Assembly: GCA_022897995.1 (NCBI GenBank)
Contig: GCA_022897995.1_4763.1
Reading direction: 5' to 3' (one strand)
From: a phage
DNA length: 64,000 bases
The position numbers and the translations under genes are program-made. This document shows positions 46,179 to 53,925 of the stretch, piece by piece. How positions within the stretch are numbered: position 1 is the stretch's first letter; the number at the start of each line of letters is the position of its first letter. The notes beneath the pieces are model-generated. The model ran no database searches and was not told where the DNA came from. It saw only the letters and a list, made by a program, of their open reading frames with translations.

Positions 46179-47543
46179 ATGGATAAAATTAGTCAAATTG
46201 TAAACACATTTACTTACCGCAGCCTTGAAAGCATTGTACATAATGAAGCTAAGGAATATGCGATCTATTCTGCCGAGGAACGCGGGATTCCTCAATTAGT
46301 GGATGGGCTTAAACCAGTTCAACGCTTTGTTATGGAGTGCGCACTTCAAAAGAGTAAAGGCGACCGTAAGAAATTCCGTAAGATGGCAGATATTGGATCT
46401 GGTGTTGCTGAGTTGGGTTATCACCACGGGGAAACTAATGCCGTAGAAGCCGGATCACTCATGGCGAATACATGGAGCAATAATACTCCACTGCTTGACG
46501 GTCAAGGTAACTTCGGATCGCGTTTAGTCCAGAAAGCAGGTGCGGCACGTTATATCTTTGCTCGTGTTCATGAAAACTTCTTTAAAATCTATAAAGATAT
46601 GAATTGCGCACCTAAACACGAAGATCTGGAACACATCCCGCCAGTGTTCTACTTGCCAGTTGTGCCAATGGTATTGGCTAATGGTATTAGTGGTATTGCT
46701 ACAGGGTATAAAACTGACATTTTACCGCATTCACTGGAAAGCCTTATTGAATGCACAGAGCTAGCACTTGCCGGAAAACTGGATAAAGAACCTAGTGTTC
46801 AATTCCCGAAATTCACGGGTAAAGTTATCCCTCGTGATGACCGAGATGGTGTCATTCTTGAGGGTACATATGAACTAAACGGCAAGACTAAGCTGACAAT
46901 ATCAGAAGTTCCTTATAAGTTCGACCGTGAAGAATATGTAGCGGTACTGGATGCACTGGAAGAAAAAGATCTGATTGTCTCATATAATGACCGTTGCTCT
47001 AAGGATGGATTCAGATTTGAAGTAACACTGAAACGCGATTATTTCAAAAGCGAAGATGAATCCGCTCGACATGAGCAAATCATGAAGGATTTTAAACTAA
47101 CGCAGTTAGTAGCCCAGAATATCGTAGTAGTTAACGAACGTGGTTTAGTTGAAGTATTCGAGAAAGCTAGCGACCTGATCCGTCGATTCGTCGAAATCCG
47201 ATTAGGGTATGTCGATAAACGCATTGAATTGATGCAAGCGGAAACGCTGGAAGCATACAATTATGCAATGGCTAAAGCCGAATTTATCGATCGCGTAATT
47301 AAGGGCGAAATCGAGCTACAGGGCAAGAAAAAGGCCGAGGTAATGCAATCCATCAATGGACATGAAAAACTGCGTCCATACGCCGATAAGCTAGTTTCTA
47401 TGCCATTGTATAGCGTTACTCAAGAAGAGTATGATCGACTGGTCAAAGATGCCGATAAACATCATAGTGAATATGAGTATTGGACAAAGACGACCGCAAT
47501 GAAGGAATATAAGAAAGATCTTAAAGAACTTAAGAAGGGTTGA
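46179..47543 (+). CDS. 52: DNA topoisomerase II medium subunit gp52 (GyrA-like)
   Basis: GLKPVQRFV, LGYHHGE, ANTWSNNTPLLDGQGNFGSR match remembered T4 gp52. Confidence 0.9.
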   Translation: MDKISQIVNTFTYRSLESIVHNEAKEYAIYSAEERGIPQLVDGLKPVQRFVMECALQKSKGDRKKFRKMADIGSGVAELGYHHGETNAVEAGSLMANTWSNNTPLLDGQGNFGSRLVQKAGAARYIFARVHENFFKIYKDMNCAPKHEDLEHIPPVFYLPVVPMVLANGISGIATGYKTDILPHSLESLIECTELALAGKLDKEPSVQFPKFTGKVIPRDDRDGVILEGTYELNGKTKLTISEVPYKFDREEYVAVLDALEEKDLIVSYNDRCSKDGFRFEVTLKRDYFKSEDESARHEQIMKDFKLTQLVAQNIVVVNERGLVEVFEKASDLIRRFVEIRLGYVDKRIELMQAETLEAYNYAMAKAEFIDRVIKGEIELQGKKKAEVMQSINGHEKLRPYADKLVSMPLYSVTQEEYDRLVKDADKHHSEYEYWTKTTAMKEYKKDLKELKKG

Positions 47544-47743
47544 TTATGAAAGAATATCCAGAAGGCGGTTATATTGCATTTCTGTACAACAATAAAAAGA
47601 TTGTGCCAATTGTCGTTGAAACACTGGAAGAATCCAACCGGATCACCAGTGAATCTCTGAGCAAATTAGCAGAGATGACAAACACGCCAGAACACAGAGC
47701 AAAGATCGACAACTTGATGAAAGAATTATCAGAGAGGAAATAA
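47540..47743 (+). CDS. hypothetical protein
   Basis: 67-aa ORF overlapping gp52 stop. Confidence 0.35.
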   Translation: MIMKEYPEGGYIAFLYNNKKIVPIVVETLEESNRITSESLSKLAEMTNTPEHRAKIDNLMKELSERK

Positions 47744-47746
47744 ATT

Positions 47747-48142
47747 ATGACTGAACGACGCATCACTTCAAATGGTTTGGGTACTCATCATGCATGGATG
47801 GTTGACCCAGACAAAAATCCTTATAAACTTTACGACACAACGATTAAACCGTGGAATAATGGCGTATGGAAAACACCGCCCACAACAGCACCTATTATGA
47901 CAGACCCGAAACCGTTTAGCCCGATGGCGGAACCAGTACAGATTAAGCCGTTACCTTACCAGATAACGACGAATAGCATCGCCAACAAACAAGAAAATGA
48001 TATTGATATGATCTACGAGATGATTAAACTTTGGCGTGATGTTTATCTGGGTGTTCTATGCAACACAGATAAAAGTGCACATGCGGCAGCGGTACTTGCA
48101 TCTCATGCGGTAGACGAAGCCAAAAAGAAATTTAGTAAGTAA
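47747..48142 (+). CDS. hypothetical protein
   Basis: 131-aa ORF. Confidence 0.4.
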   Translation: MTERRITSNGLGTHHAWMVDPDKNPYKLYDTTIKPWNNGVWKTPPTTAPIMTDPKPFSPMAEPVQIKPLPYQITTNSIANKQENDIDMIYEMIKLWRDVYLGVLCNTDKSAHAAAVLASHAVDEAKKKFSK

Positions 48143-48152
48143 CTGATTATTA

Positions 48153-48178
48153 AGCCGATCCGTGTGGTCGGCTTTTTT
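48153..48178 (+). terminator. intrinsic terminator
   Basis: AGCCGATCC-GTGTG-GTCGGCT then TTTTTT; near-identical stem to 8383-8404. Confidence 0.7.
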
Positions 48179-48192
48179 ATTTTAAAAAGTTG

Positions 48193-48221
48193 TTGACTTC
48201 CATAATCCATCATTGCATAAT
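48193..48221 (+). promoter_or_regulatory. sigma70-like early promoter
   Basis: TTGACT 48193-48198, 17-nt spacer, CATAAT 48216-48221. Confidence 0.5.
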
Positions 48222-48254
48222 ACACACCCATACCAAACGAAAGGAGAATCAAAG

Positions 48255-48527
48255 ATGAGCAACGAAAACAGCAAAGTGTTAGCAATTGCCGATAAAGTAG
48301 GTTACTGGAAATGTTGGGATGATATGGAGAAATTAGGCGGTCGATATCTCGATAACTTAGAGTTGCATTATTGCCAAGCGCGTAATGCAGAAGTTGCGGG
48401 AGTAGCAATTGAAGATATTCCGTCTAAGGTCTTCGGATTCTCTAAAGATGATACTTTAGAATATGTTTTCAAGGCTGTTATGGATCAAGCATGGGAAGAC
48501 GCAGAGACACGCGCTCTTGATTGGTGA
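48255..48527 (+). CDS. hypothetical protein
   Basis: ATG 48255 after AAGGAGAATCAAAG. Confidence 0.4.
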   Translation: MSNENSKVLAIADKVGYWKCWDDMEKLGGRYLDNLELHYCQARNAEVAGVAIEDIPSKVFGFSKDDTLEYVFKAVMDQAWEDAETRALDW

Positions 48528-48531
48528 TAAT

Positions 48532-48693
48532 ATGAACTGGTATAAAATTTGGAAAAATCAGGTGGAGGCTTATCTAGGGTATAAGCCCACCGACAAAGAA
48601 TTACTTGATGCAATGTACGAAGACGGCTTAAATCCGAAAGTAGCCGCGCAAGAATACGCGGAATGGGTGAAGGTCGAAAATAATTTAAAATAG
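48532..48693 (+). CDS. small hypothetical protein
   Basis: 53-aa ORF (MNWYKIWKNQ...). Confidence 0.3.
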   Translation: MNWYKIWKNQVEAYLGYKPTDKELLDAMYEDGLNPKVAAQEYAEWVKVENNLK

Positions 48694-48696
48694 TTG

Positions 48697-48731
48697 TTGA
48701 CGTAAAGAAATGGGAGTAGTATTATACTCCC
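48697..48731 (+). promoter_or_regulatory. early promoter with GGGAGTA/TACTCCC stem-loop (PeSL)
   Basis: TTGACG 48697-48702, 17-nt spacer, TATTAT 48720-48725. Confidence 0.6.
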
Positions 48732-48758
48732 ACACCGAAACGAAAGAAGGAGAATCAC

Positions 48759-48971
48759 ATGAAATCTATTGAGCAAGTAGTAACAGAATTTATGAGCTAC
48801 GAAGGAAACCGCATCTTTGGACGTTCTCAAGTTCGCGAGATCGTAGAAGAAGTTGCGGGAGAGTTTGCGGAATCTGGTCACGTTATCACGCAAGAACGTA
48901 AAGAAGAAGCAGTAAGCCAGATCATGGCTATGCAGAAAATGCGTATTAATGCACGAGCGGGTAAAAATTAA
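48759..48971 (+). CDS. hypothetical protein
   Basis: 70-aa ORF after AAGGAGAATCACAT. Confidence 0.4.
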   Translation: MKSIEQVVTEFMSYEGNRIFGRSQVREIVEEVAGEFAESGHVITQERKEEAVSQIMAMQKMRINARAGKN

Positions 48972-48978
48972 AAAGTAG

Positions 48979-49014
48979 TTGACACCGGATTATGGGAGTA
49001 GTAAGATACTCCCA
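48979..49014 (+). promoter_or_regulatory. early promoter with GGGAGTA/TACTCCC stem-loop (PeSL)
   Basis: TTGACA 48979-48984, 17-nt spacer, TAAGAT 49002-49007; hairpin identical to 4698-4718. Confidence 0.6.
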
Positions 49015-49041
49015 TCAAGACAAAACATTGAGGAATATATT

Positions 49042-49842
49042 ATGAAAAACATTATCGCTGCTATCGTTCTTTCTGCTACTGCTTTCGGTGCTAATGCTGC
49101 GTCCTTTGATTGCGCTAAAGCTACTACCAAATCAGAGAAGTTTATTTGTGCTAATGAGTCAATCTCCGCACTGGATTCGAAACTTCATGAAGTATATGTT
49201 AAAGCTGTTAAGATTGATCCGTCTCTGAAACAAGAGCAACGCAACTGGAATAAAACTGTTCGTGATACAATGATCAATATCGGGCAGATTCAGCCACTGG
49301 AGGCTGTATATAACGCTCAAATCCAAAACTTGATGAATGTATTACCTAAAGAAGAAACCTCGTCAGAAAGCGATTCAGAGACTTCTGTGAAGGTTGAAGA
49401 AGAACAACCGAAACAGGAAGAAAAAGTGGTGGAAGAACAGAAGAAAGAAGAAAAAATCTCTGGATCTATCACTTACCAGTGCATTGCAAAATTTACATGG
49501 AAAATCATTGATGGTATTGAAACAGACAGCCGCAAAGATCCATTGTATGGAAACTCTACTTATGGCAACAAGGGCGGAAAGCTGAAAATGACCATGACCG
49601 AAGGTGAATTGTCTTCTTTCGTATATGTTGATGAGCGCGAAGTGTTTAAATCAAATCTGACACGCAGCAAACAATATAAAAATATGGTTGTTGGTATGAG
49701 CAAACCGGATGTAGCAGGATACTTCAACGAGTACAAAATGTGGGTAGGGGAAAACGATGAAATCCGCTTTGAAGTCATCGAGAAAGGTCGCATTAGCTAT
49801 GATTATGGTACTCAATATGTTTGCGAATATAAGAAGGGTTAA
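49042..49842 (+). CDS. secreted protein with N-terminal DUF1311/LprI-like domain
   Basis: Signal peptide MKNIIAAIVLSATAFGANA; FDCAKATTKSEKFICANESISALDSKLHEVY matches the DUF1311 two-Cys signature; Glu/Lys-rich linker; unknown C-domain. Confidence 0.55.
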   Translation: MKNIIAAIVLSATAFGANAASFDCAKATTKSEKFICANESISALDSKLHEVYVKAVKIDPSLKQEQRNWNKTVRDTMINIGQIQPLEAVYNAQIQNLMNVLPKEETSSESDSETSVKVEEEQPKQEEKVVEEQKKEEKISGSITYQCIAKFTWKIIDGIETDSRKDPLYGNSTYGNKGGKLKMTMTEGELSSFVYVDEREVFKSNLTRSKQYKNMVVGMSKPDVAGYFNEYKMWVGENDEIRFEVIEKGRISYDYGTQYVCEYKKG

Positions 49843-50124
49843 ATGATGAAATTTAACAACATGAAGTTTAAAAAAGATTGGTGGGATGCTATGAGAGCTA
49901 ACGACCGAATCGGAATTGGAAAGGCAGAAAAGACAGTTGTTATTGTCAAGTATAAAGCGACGCAAGATCTTTTGATTAAGGAACTCATTCGAGCGGGTAA
50001 CTATCAAACACCGGAAGGTCTTATTGACATGATGGTTGATAACATGTATAGTGACGAACCACCAAACATTAAACAATATTACAAGCAGTATTACCGAAAG
50101 TGGCAGAAGTATAACCGAAAATAG
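49843..50124 (+). CDS. hypothetical protein
   Basis: 93-aa ORF. Confidence 0.35.
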   Translation: MMKFNNMKFKKDWWDAMRANDRIGIGKAEKTVVIVKYKATQDLLIKELIRAGNYQTPEGLIDMMVDNMYSDEPPNIKQYYKQYYRKWQKYNRK

Positions 50125-50147
50125 TTTGTTGACGTGAGGATTATATT

Positions 50148-50339
50148 ATGGTAATTTTTAATCGCGATGGTATCATAGTTCGGCAACACCCATTCCTTGA
50201 ATACTATCAGGTTGAACAATGGGGATACGGGGATTGCTCTCGATCATACGGTCAAAGCTGGGGATACCGTACAGTTTTTGAATCAACTAATATTAACAAA
50301 GTACGACAGAAAGTTTTAGAACTTCTTAACGATAAGTGA
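50148..50339 (+). CDS. hypothetical protein
   Basis: 63-aa ORF after TGAGGATTATATT. Confidence 0.3.
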   Translation: MVIFNRDGIIVRQHPFLEYYQVEQWGYGDCSRSYGQSWGYRTVFESTNINKVRQKVLELLNDK

Positions 50340-50351
50340 GGATATTATATC

Positions 50352-50720
50352 ATGGAAATTCAAAACAATTACGAAAAATGTGTTATTATCAATGATTTGC
50401 AACGTCAATTGCATCATTACGAAACCGATTATAAAACAGCAACCAAAACCGGAAAGTTGAAAGTGTGGGAAGTCTGGTATAACCGAAACTATCTGGGAAG
50501 CATCCACAAACTTGATCGCAGTGATGTTTATACAATGCATGTGGGCGCGTGTGGCGAATCGGATGTAGCATCTAATTTCATGGAAGCACTTGCATTCTAT
50601 GTAGAATATCTGGTAGACTATATCGAGTTGGAAGAGGAAGTTGTAGAATTGCTTCCTCCACCGGAAGAAGCACCGGAAGCAACGATCCTGAAAGCATTAA
50701 AGAAAATCTTTGTTAAGTGA
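50352..50720 (+). CDS. hypothetical protein
   Basis: 122-aa ORF. Confidence 0.4.
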   Translation: MEIQNNYEKCVIINDLQRQLHHYETDYKTATKTGKLKVWEVWYNRNYLGSIHKLDRSDVYTMHVGACGESDVASNFMEALAFYVEYLVDYIELEEEVVELLPPPEEAPEATILKALKKIFVK

Positions 50721-50728
50721 GGTGAACT

Positions 50729-51061
50729 ATGAAAAATGTACTGATTGTGTGGGAACTGATTCCAGAAACTACTGAATTATACATGGTACAGGTTGACAAT
50801 AAAGAATTTGAAATTCTGAAACGCGTCAACTGCAAATATATTAACATTGATGACATGACCCCAGAAATGGACTATGTAAACTATGCTCTCATGCAGCCTA
50901 GTTGGATTATGGATGAAACTAAAGCAGACGCCGAATCGCTGGGTGTACCGGAAGAAGTATTAGCGAAATGGCATCAATTCAAAGTTGAGATAAAAGAGGG
51001 TGAACCTTTTATCCCTAGCGGTATGATCGACGCGGTGATCGTAACAGGTTTTCATCTGTAA
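50729..51061 (+). CDS. hypothetical protein
   Basis: 110-aa ORF. Confidence 0.4.
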   Translation: MKNVLIVWELIPETTELYMVQVDNKEFEILKRVNCKYINIDDMTPEMDYVNYALMQPSWIMDETKADAESLGVPEEVLAKWHQFKVEIKEGEPFIPSGMIDAVIVTGFHL

Positions 51062-51074
51062 GGACATTTATACA

Positions 51075-51407
51075 ATGTTTAATTATGACAAATATGAATC
51101 ATGGAAAGCATCCGAACTGAAAGAGGCAGCGCGGTTAATCACACCGCGTCTTTATCCGGTACTGTTTAGCGCCGATAAAGTAACAAGGGAAGTAAACGAG
51201 GCGCTATCGGTTTTAGGTTATCTAATCGATAAAGTAGAGAAAACATCGGTATTCACAAATAGTATAGAATATACCCGTTATCGAGTGTTTTTAGATTCCT
51301 TGCTCGTTGTTATTAAAGCACTAAATGATCATAACTACACCATGAACATGACGAAAATAATCGACGAAGCAAGAATTATGACAGAGAATATTTTCGGAAG
51401 ATTTTGA
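51075..51407 (+). CDS. hypothetical protein, paralogue of 51522-51836
   Basis: C-terminus ...MTKIIDEARIMTENIFGRF resembles ...MNDIIIDARKLAENVYGKF of the next gene. Confidence 0.4.
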   Translation: MFNYDKYESWKASELKEAARLITPRLYPVLFSADKVTREVNEALSVLGYLIDKVEKTSVFTNSIEYTRYRVFLDSLLVVIKALNDHNYTMNMTKIIDEARIMTENIFGRF

Positions 51408-51521
51408 TTATGAAAGATGATGAATCATTGAAAATTGCACTGGTTATGCTATTACAAGGTATAGAATTAGCAAACCACGAAAAAATGTTGATACAACAGC
51501 GTGAAATTATGAGAGGTGATT

Positions 51522-51836
51522 ATGAGTGATATTAAAACCGATGAAGAAATGCAGGATATTGCAAAGGAATTAACCACCATCATGATCCGTCGCGGATCGT
51601 ATAATGCAAAAACCATTATCGATGAAGTCAATACAGCGGTTAAGGCAATCGAGAAAGTAAAGTCAGACGTTGCATTTGAAAGATACACATGGGAAGATAT
51701 TCGCAATCGAAGCCGCTATAATTTCTTTGTTGATTGTATTATGTCAATGACTGAACACTACGGGCATAGCATGAACGACATTATCATCGATGCGCGTAAA
51801 TTAGCAGAGAATGTTTACGGGAAGTTTCCAGAATGA
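51522..51836 (+). CDS. hypothetical protein, paralogue of 51075-51407
   Basis: ATG 51522; shared C-terminal motif with upstream gene. Confidence 0.4.
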   Translation: MSDIKTDEEMQDIAKELTTIMIRRGSYNAKTIIDEVNTAVKAIEKVKSDVAFERYTWEDIRNRSRYNFFVDCIMSMTEHYGHSMNDIIIDARKLAENVYGKFPE

Positions 51837-52081
51837 GATTAGAGCAAGCGATTGTTTATTTTGAGATGGGTTATGATATTGCTCGTGTAGAATGGGAAGA
51901 TGGTGATTTTGTACGATTGATCGATCTTCCAGAAACAGCTATTGCACTGGTCAAAGTAGAAAACGGCATACAACGCAATTACGCGTTTTCTGACGAAGAC
52001 AAACAAGCCGATGACTGGTACGCTACCTGTTTTCATCATACAGCGTCAAAATGTGATTCAGGGGCTTCTATGCGCCAATAA
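51833..52081 (+). CDS. hypothetical protein
   Basis: 82-aa ORF; last + strand gene before convergent terminator. Confidence 0.35.
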   Translation: MRLEQAIVYFEMGYDIARVEWEDGDFVRLIDLPETAIALVKVENGIQRNYAFSDEDKQADDWYATCFHHTASKCDSGASMRQ

Positions 52082-52086
52082 AAAAG

Positions 52087-52113
52087 AAGGGGAAGCCTTT
52101 CGGCTTCCCCTTT
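52087..52113. terminator. bidirectional intrinsic terminator between convergent early block and holin gene
   Basis: GGGGAAGCC-TTTC-GGCTTCCCC flanked by A-run (52081-52086) and T-run (52111-52113). Confidence 0.7.
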
Positions 52114-52116
52114 AAG

Positions 52117-52773
52117 TTATCTAATCCTTCCGAGGATTCTGGCAGATTGATTGCAAAGAGTATCTAAATTCTCAATGTCAATATCCGGTTTATTCTTCCA
52201 TGCAATGGAGATACTACCAGAATAGACATTATCGAGATTGAATATAGGGCAAGAATACATAAACCCTATATCGATACTCTCTAATTTCTTTTCTCTTGAT
52301 GGAATATACTGGAAATCTTTATCGGTAAAATATGATTTACCTAAAAGATGCCTACGATATTCTTCACTCGTTTTATTGATAGGGAATCCGCCTAAATTTT
52401 TTTCATCGATTGTGTGCGGTAGCTTTCCTTCATACGCCACCAAATCAACAAAATAGTTTAGGTTTTTCGGACGAAAACTAAAAACAGCAGAAAAATCGGC
52501 ATCAGCCGATACATGAACTATCTGTAACTGCTCCTGTGCTGCATTATCAAAATTGCGGTCTTTCTCTACCTGGAGAACGTGAGCATAAGTCTCATAACGA
52601 GTCTCTTTATACAATGCAAATAACTCGTTTTTACTATAAACGACAAATGCTAATATAGACAACACGACGGCAGCAAAAACACGAAGTACGAGCAACTCCG
52701 TGCTTTTAGTTGTGAAAATAGCGCGCAGGACATTTGAGATAGCAAAGTCTTTCCCTTTTTCAGAAACTTGCAT
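52117..52773 (-). CDS. t: holin T
   Basis: 218 aa as T4 T; LEQLQIVHVSADADFSAVFSFRPKNLNYFVDLVAYEGKLP and C-terminal ARILGR match remembered T4 holin. Confidence 0.85.
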   Translation of the reverse strand: MQVSEKGKDFAISNVLRAIFTTKSTELLVLRVFAAVVLSILAFVVYSKNELFALYKETRYETYAHVLQVEKDRNFDNAAQEQLQIVHVSADADFSAVFSFRPKNLNYFVDLVAYEGKLPHTIDEKNLGGFPINKTSEEYRRHLLGKSYFTDKDFQYIPSREKKLESIDIGFMYSCPIFNLDNVYSGSISIAWKNKPDIDIENLDTLCNQSARILGRIR

Positions 52774-52806
52774 ATAATGCCCTAAGATAACTATGACAGT
52801 GTACTC

Positions 52807-53046
52807 TTATTTAGGTAGTTGACTATCACTAGATTTATCTTGCTCGTTACTATCTTCTGACTGATCTTTATTAAACTCCTTATAAAGTTCTTCCACAAAA
52901 CGATCATCAATTGGCGTATTGGTATAAGCCGCAAGACGACGAGCGCAATAGAAGAAAATTTTAGTGAGCATCTTTTCACTAATTAACTTTGATAATAGTT
53001 TCATTCCGAAACTAGACAAAGCACCAATAACGATATTATAGACCAT
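52807..53046 (-). CDS. hypothetical protein
   Basis: 79-aa ORF with AAGGAG 8 nt upstream of ATG; between gene 38 and t. Confidence 0.4.
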   Translation of the reverse strand: MVYNIVIGALSSFGMKLLSKLISEKMLTKIFFYCARRLAAYTNTPIDDRFVEELYKEFNKDQSEDSNEQDKSSDSQLPK

Positions 53047-53109
53047 AGCCGTTTCTCCTTAGTAGTTCCCTTCCGTGGGAGTTTTCCTTAATTCTTTTTA
53101 TAATTACGT

Positions 53110-53889
53110 CTAAACAGCCGGTCCGTAAATAGCTCCGCGATTTATCCACGTTGGAGCAGACCCTATAACAGCATAACCAGCACCGCCGCCGTTATATTCT
53201 GTGCCGGTACCGTGAGTATTACATCTACCTCCTGCGGAGCCAACTTCGCCGCCATTCCCGCCTGTATATGCACTAAGAGACCCCTCACCGACAGATCCTG
53301 CACCCGGAGCGTAAATGGAGCCAGCGGTTGCACCAGAACTCATATGAGAGGAAGACCCGCCACCACCGAATGGGCGACCACCGCCACCACCAAATACTAG
53401 TCTACCCCTGTTACCGCCGCCACCGCCGCCACCGCCGCCAGCGATAGCACCGCCATTATTAATTCTTAGCCTCCCACCAATATCATTTTGAATACAATGA
53501 CCCCCAGATGAGCCAGGACTATTACTACCGCCATTACCGCCACGACCATACATCGTTACGCCGTGTATATTTAACTGAACATATTCATTTGGTGTATCCC
53601 CGTACATGAAGAATAAAGGAACATCTTTAGAATATGATACTAAATCACCTGTAATATTAAACACTATAGGTGTACTACCTGCCTCAAAGCATCTATCACG
53701 GAACCACTGACCATTGAAGTTATGGTCTGCTCCAAGTGTATGAATAATTTCTCGCGAGCGACCTGCAAATTGACTCATCCAGCAAGGAACACCCAATCTT
53801 AGTTGACCAGCCGCTTGACTCATCCACCGTTGTCCTGTTTCATTTGCGGCTGAACTTCCAATCCAACCGGGAACACCAACTACTGCCAT
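53110..53889 (-). CDS. 38: long tail fibre adhesin gp38 (T2-type, glycine-rich motifs)
   Basis: [71 protein letters not shown] and poly-Gly blocks match remembered T2/T6 gp38. Confidence 0.9.
   Translation of the reverse strand: MAVVGVPGWIGSSAANETGQRWMSQAAGQLRLGVPCWMSQFAGRSREIIHTLGADHNFNGQWFRDRCFEAGSTPIVFNITGDLVSYSKDVPLFFMYGDTPNEYVQLNIHGVTMYGRGGNGGSNSPGSSGGHCIQNDIGGRLRINNGGAIAGGGGGGGGGNRGRLVFGGGGGRPFGGGGSSSHMSSGATAGSIYAPGAGSVGEGSLSAYTGGNGGEVGSAGGRCNTHGTGTEYNGGGAGYAVIGSAPTWINRGAIYGPAV
53355..53450 (-). repeat. GGC/GGT-rich low-complexity repeat encoding the gp38 glycine-rich motifs
   Basis: CCACCGCCACCACC / CCGCCGCCACCGCC runs on + strand. Confidence 0.7.
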
Positions 53890-53903
53890 AATTTATACTC
53901 CAA

Positions 53904-53920
53904 AGGGGGCAATGCCCCCT
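53904..53920 (-). promoter_or_regulatory. G5/C5 stem-loop just upstream of gene 38 ribosome-binding site
   Basis: AGGGGGC-AAT-GCCCCCT between gp37 stop and gp38 start. Confidence 0.4.
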
Positions 53921-53925
53921 TGTTG

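Noticed and set aside
3787-49014. Possible CRISPR-like array suggested by recurring GGGAGTA...TACTCCC repeats
   Set aside because: The repeats are individually palindromic, irregularly spaced by kilobases, always positioned at -10 elements upstream of genes, and there are no cas genes; they are promoter cassettes.
50129-50134. TTGACG at 50129 as another early promoter
   Set aside because: It is only 14 nt from the ATG at 50148 with no -10 element in between; more likely part of the conserved initiation context.
53047-53109. Late promoter upstream of the 52807-53046 ORF (AATTATAAAAAG on - strand)
   Set aside because: Deviates from TATAAATA at three positions; not called.
53355-53450. GGC/GGT repeat tract as a VNTR or slippage hotspot outside coding sequence
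   Set aside because: It is in frame within gene 38 and encodes the expected glycine-rich motifs of the adhesin.
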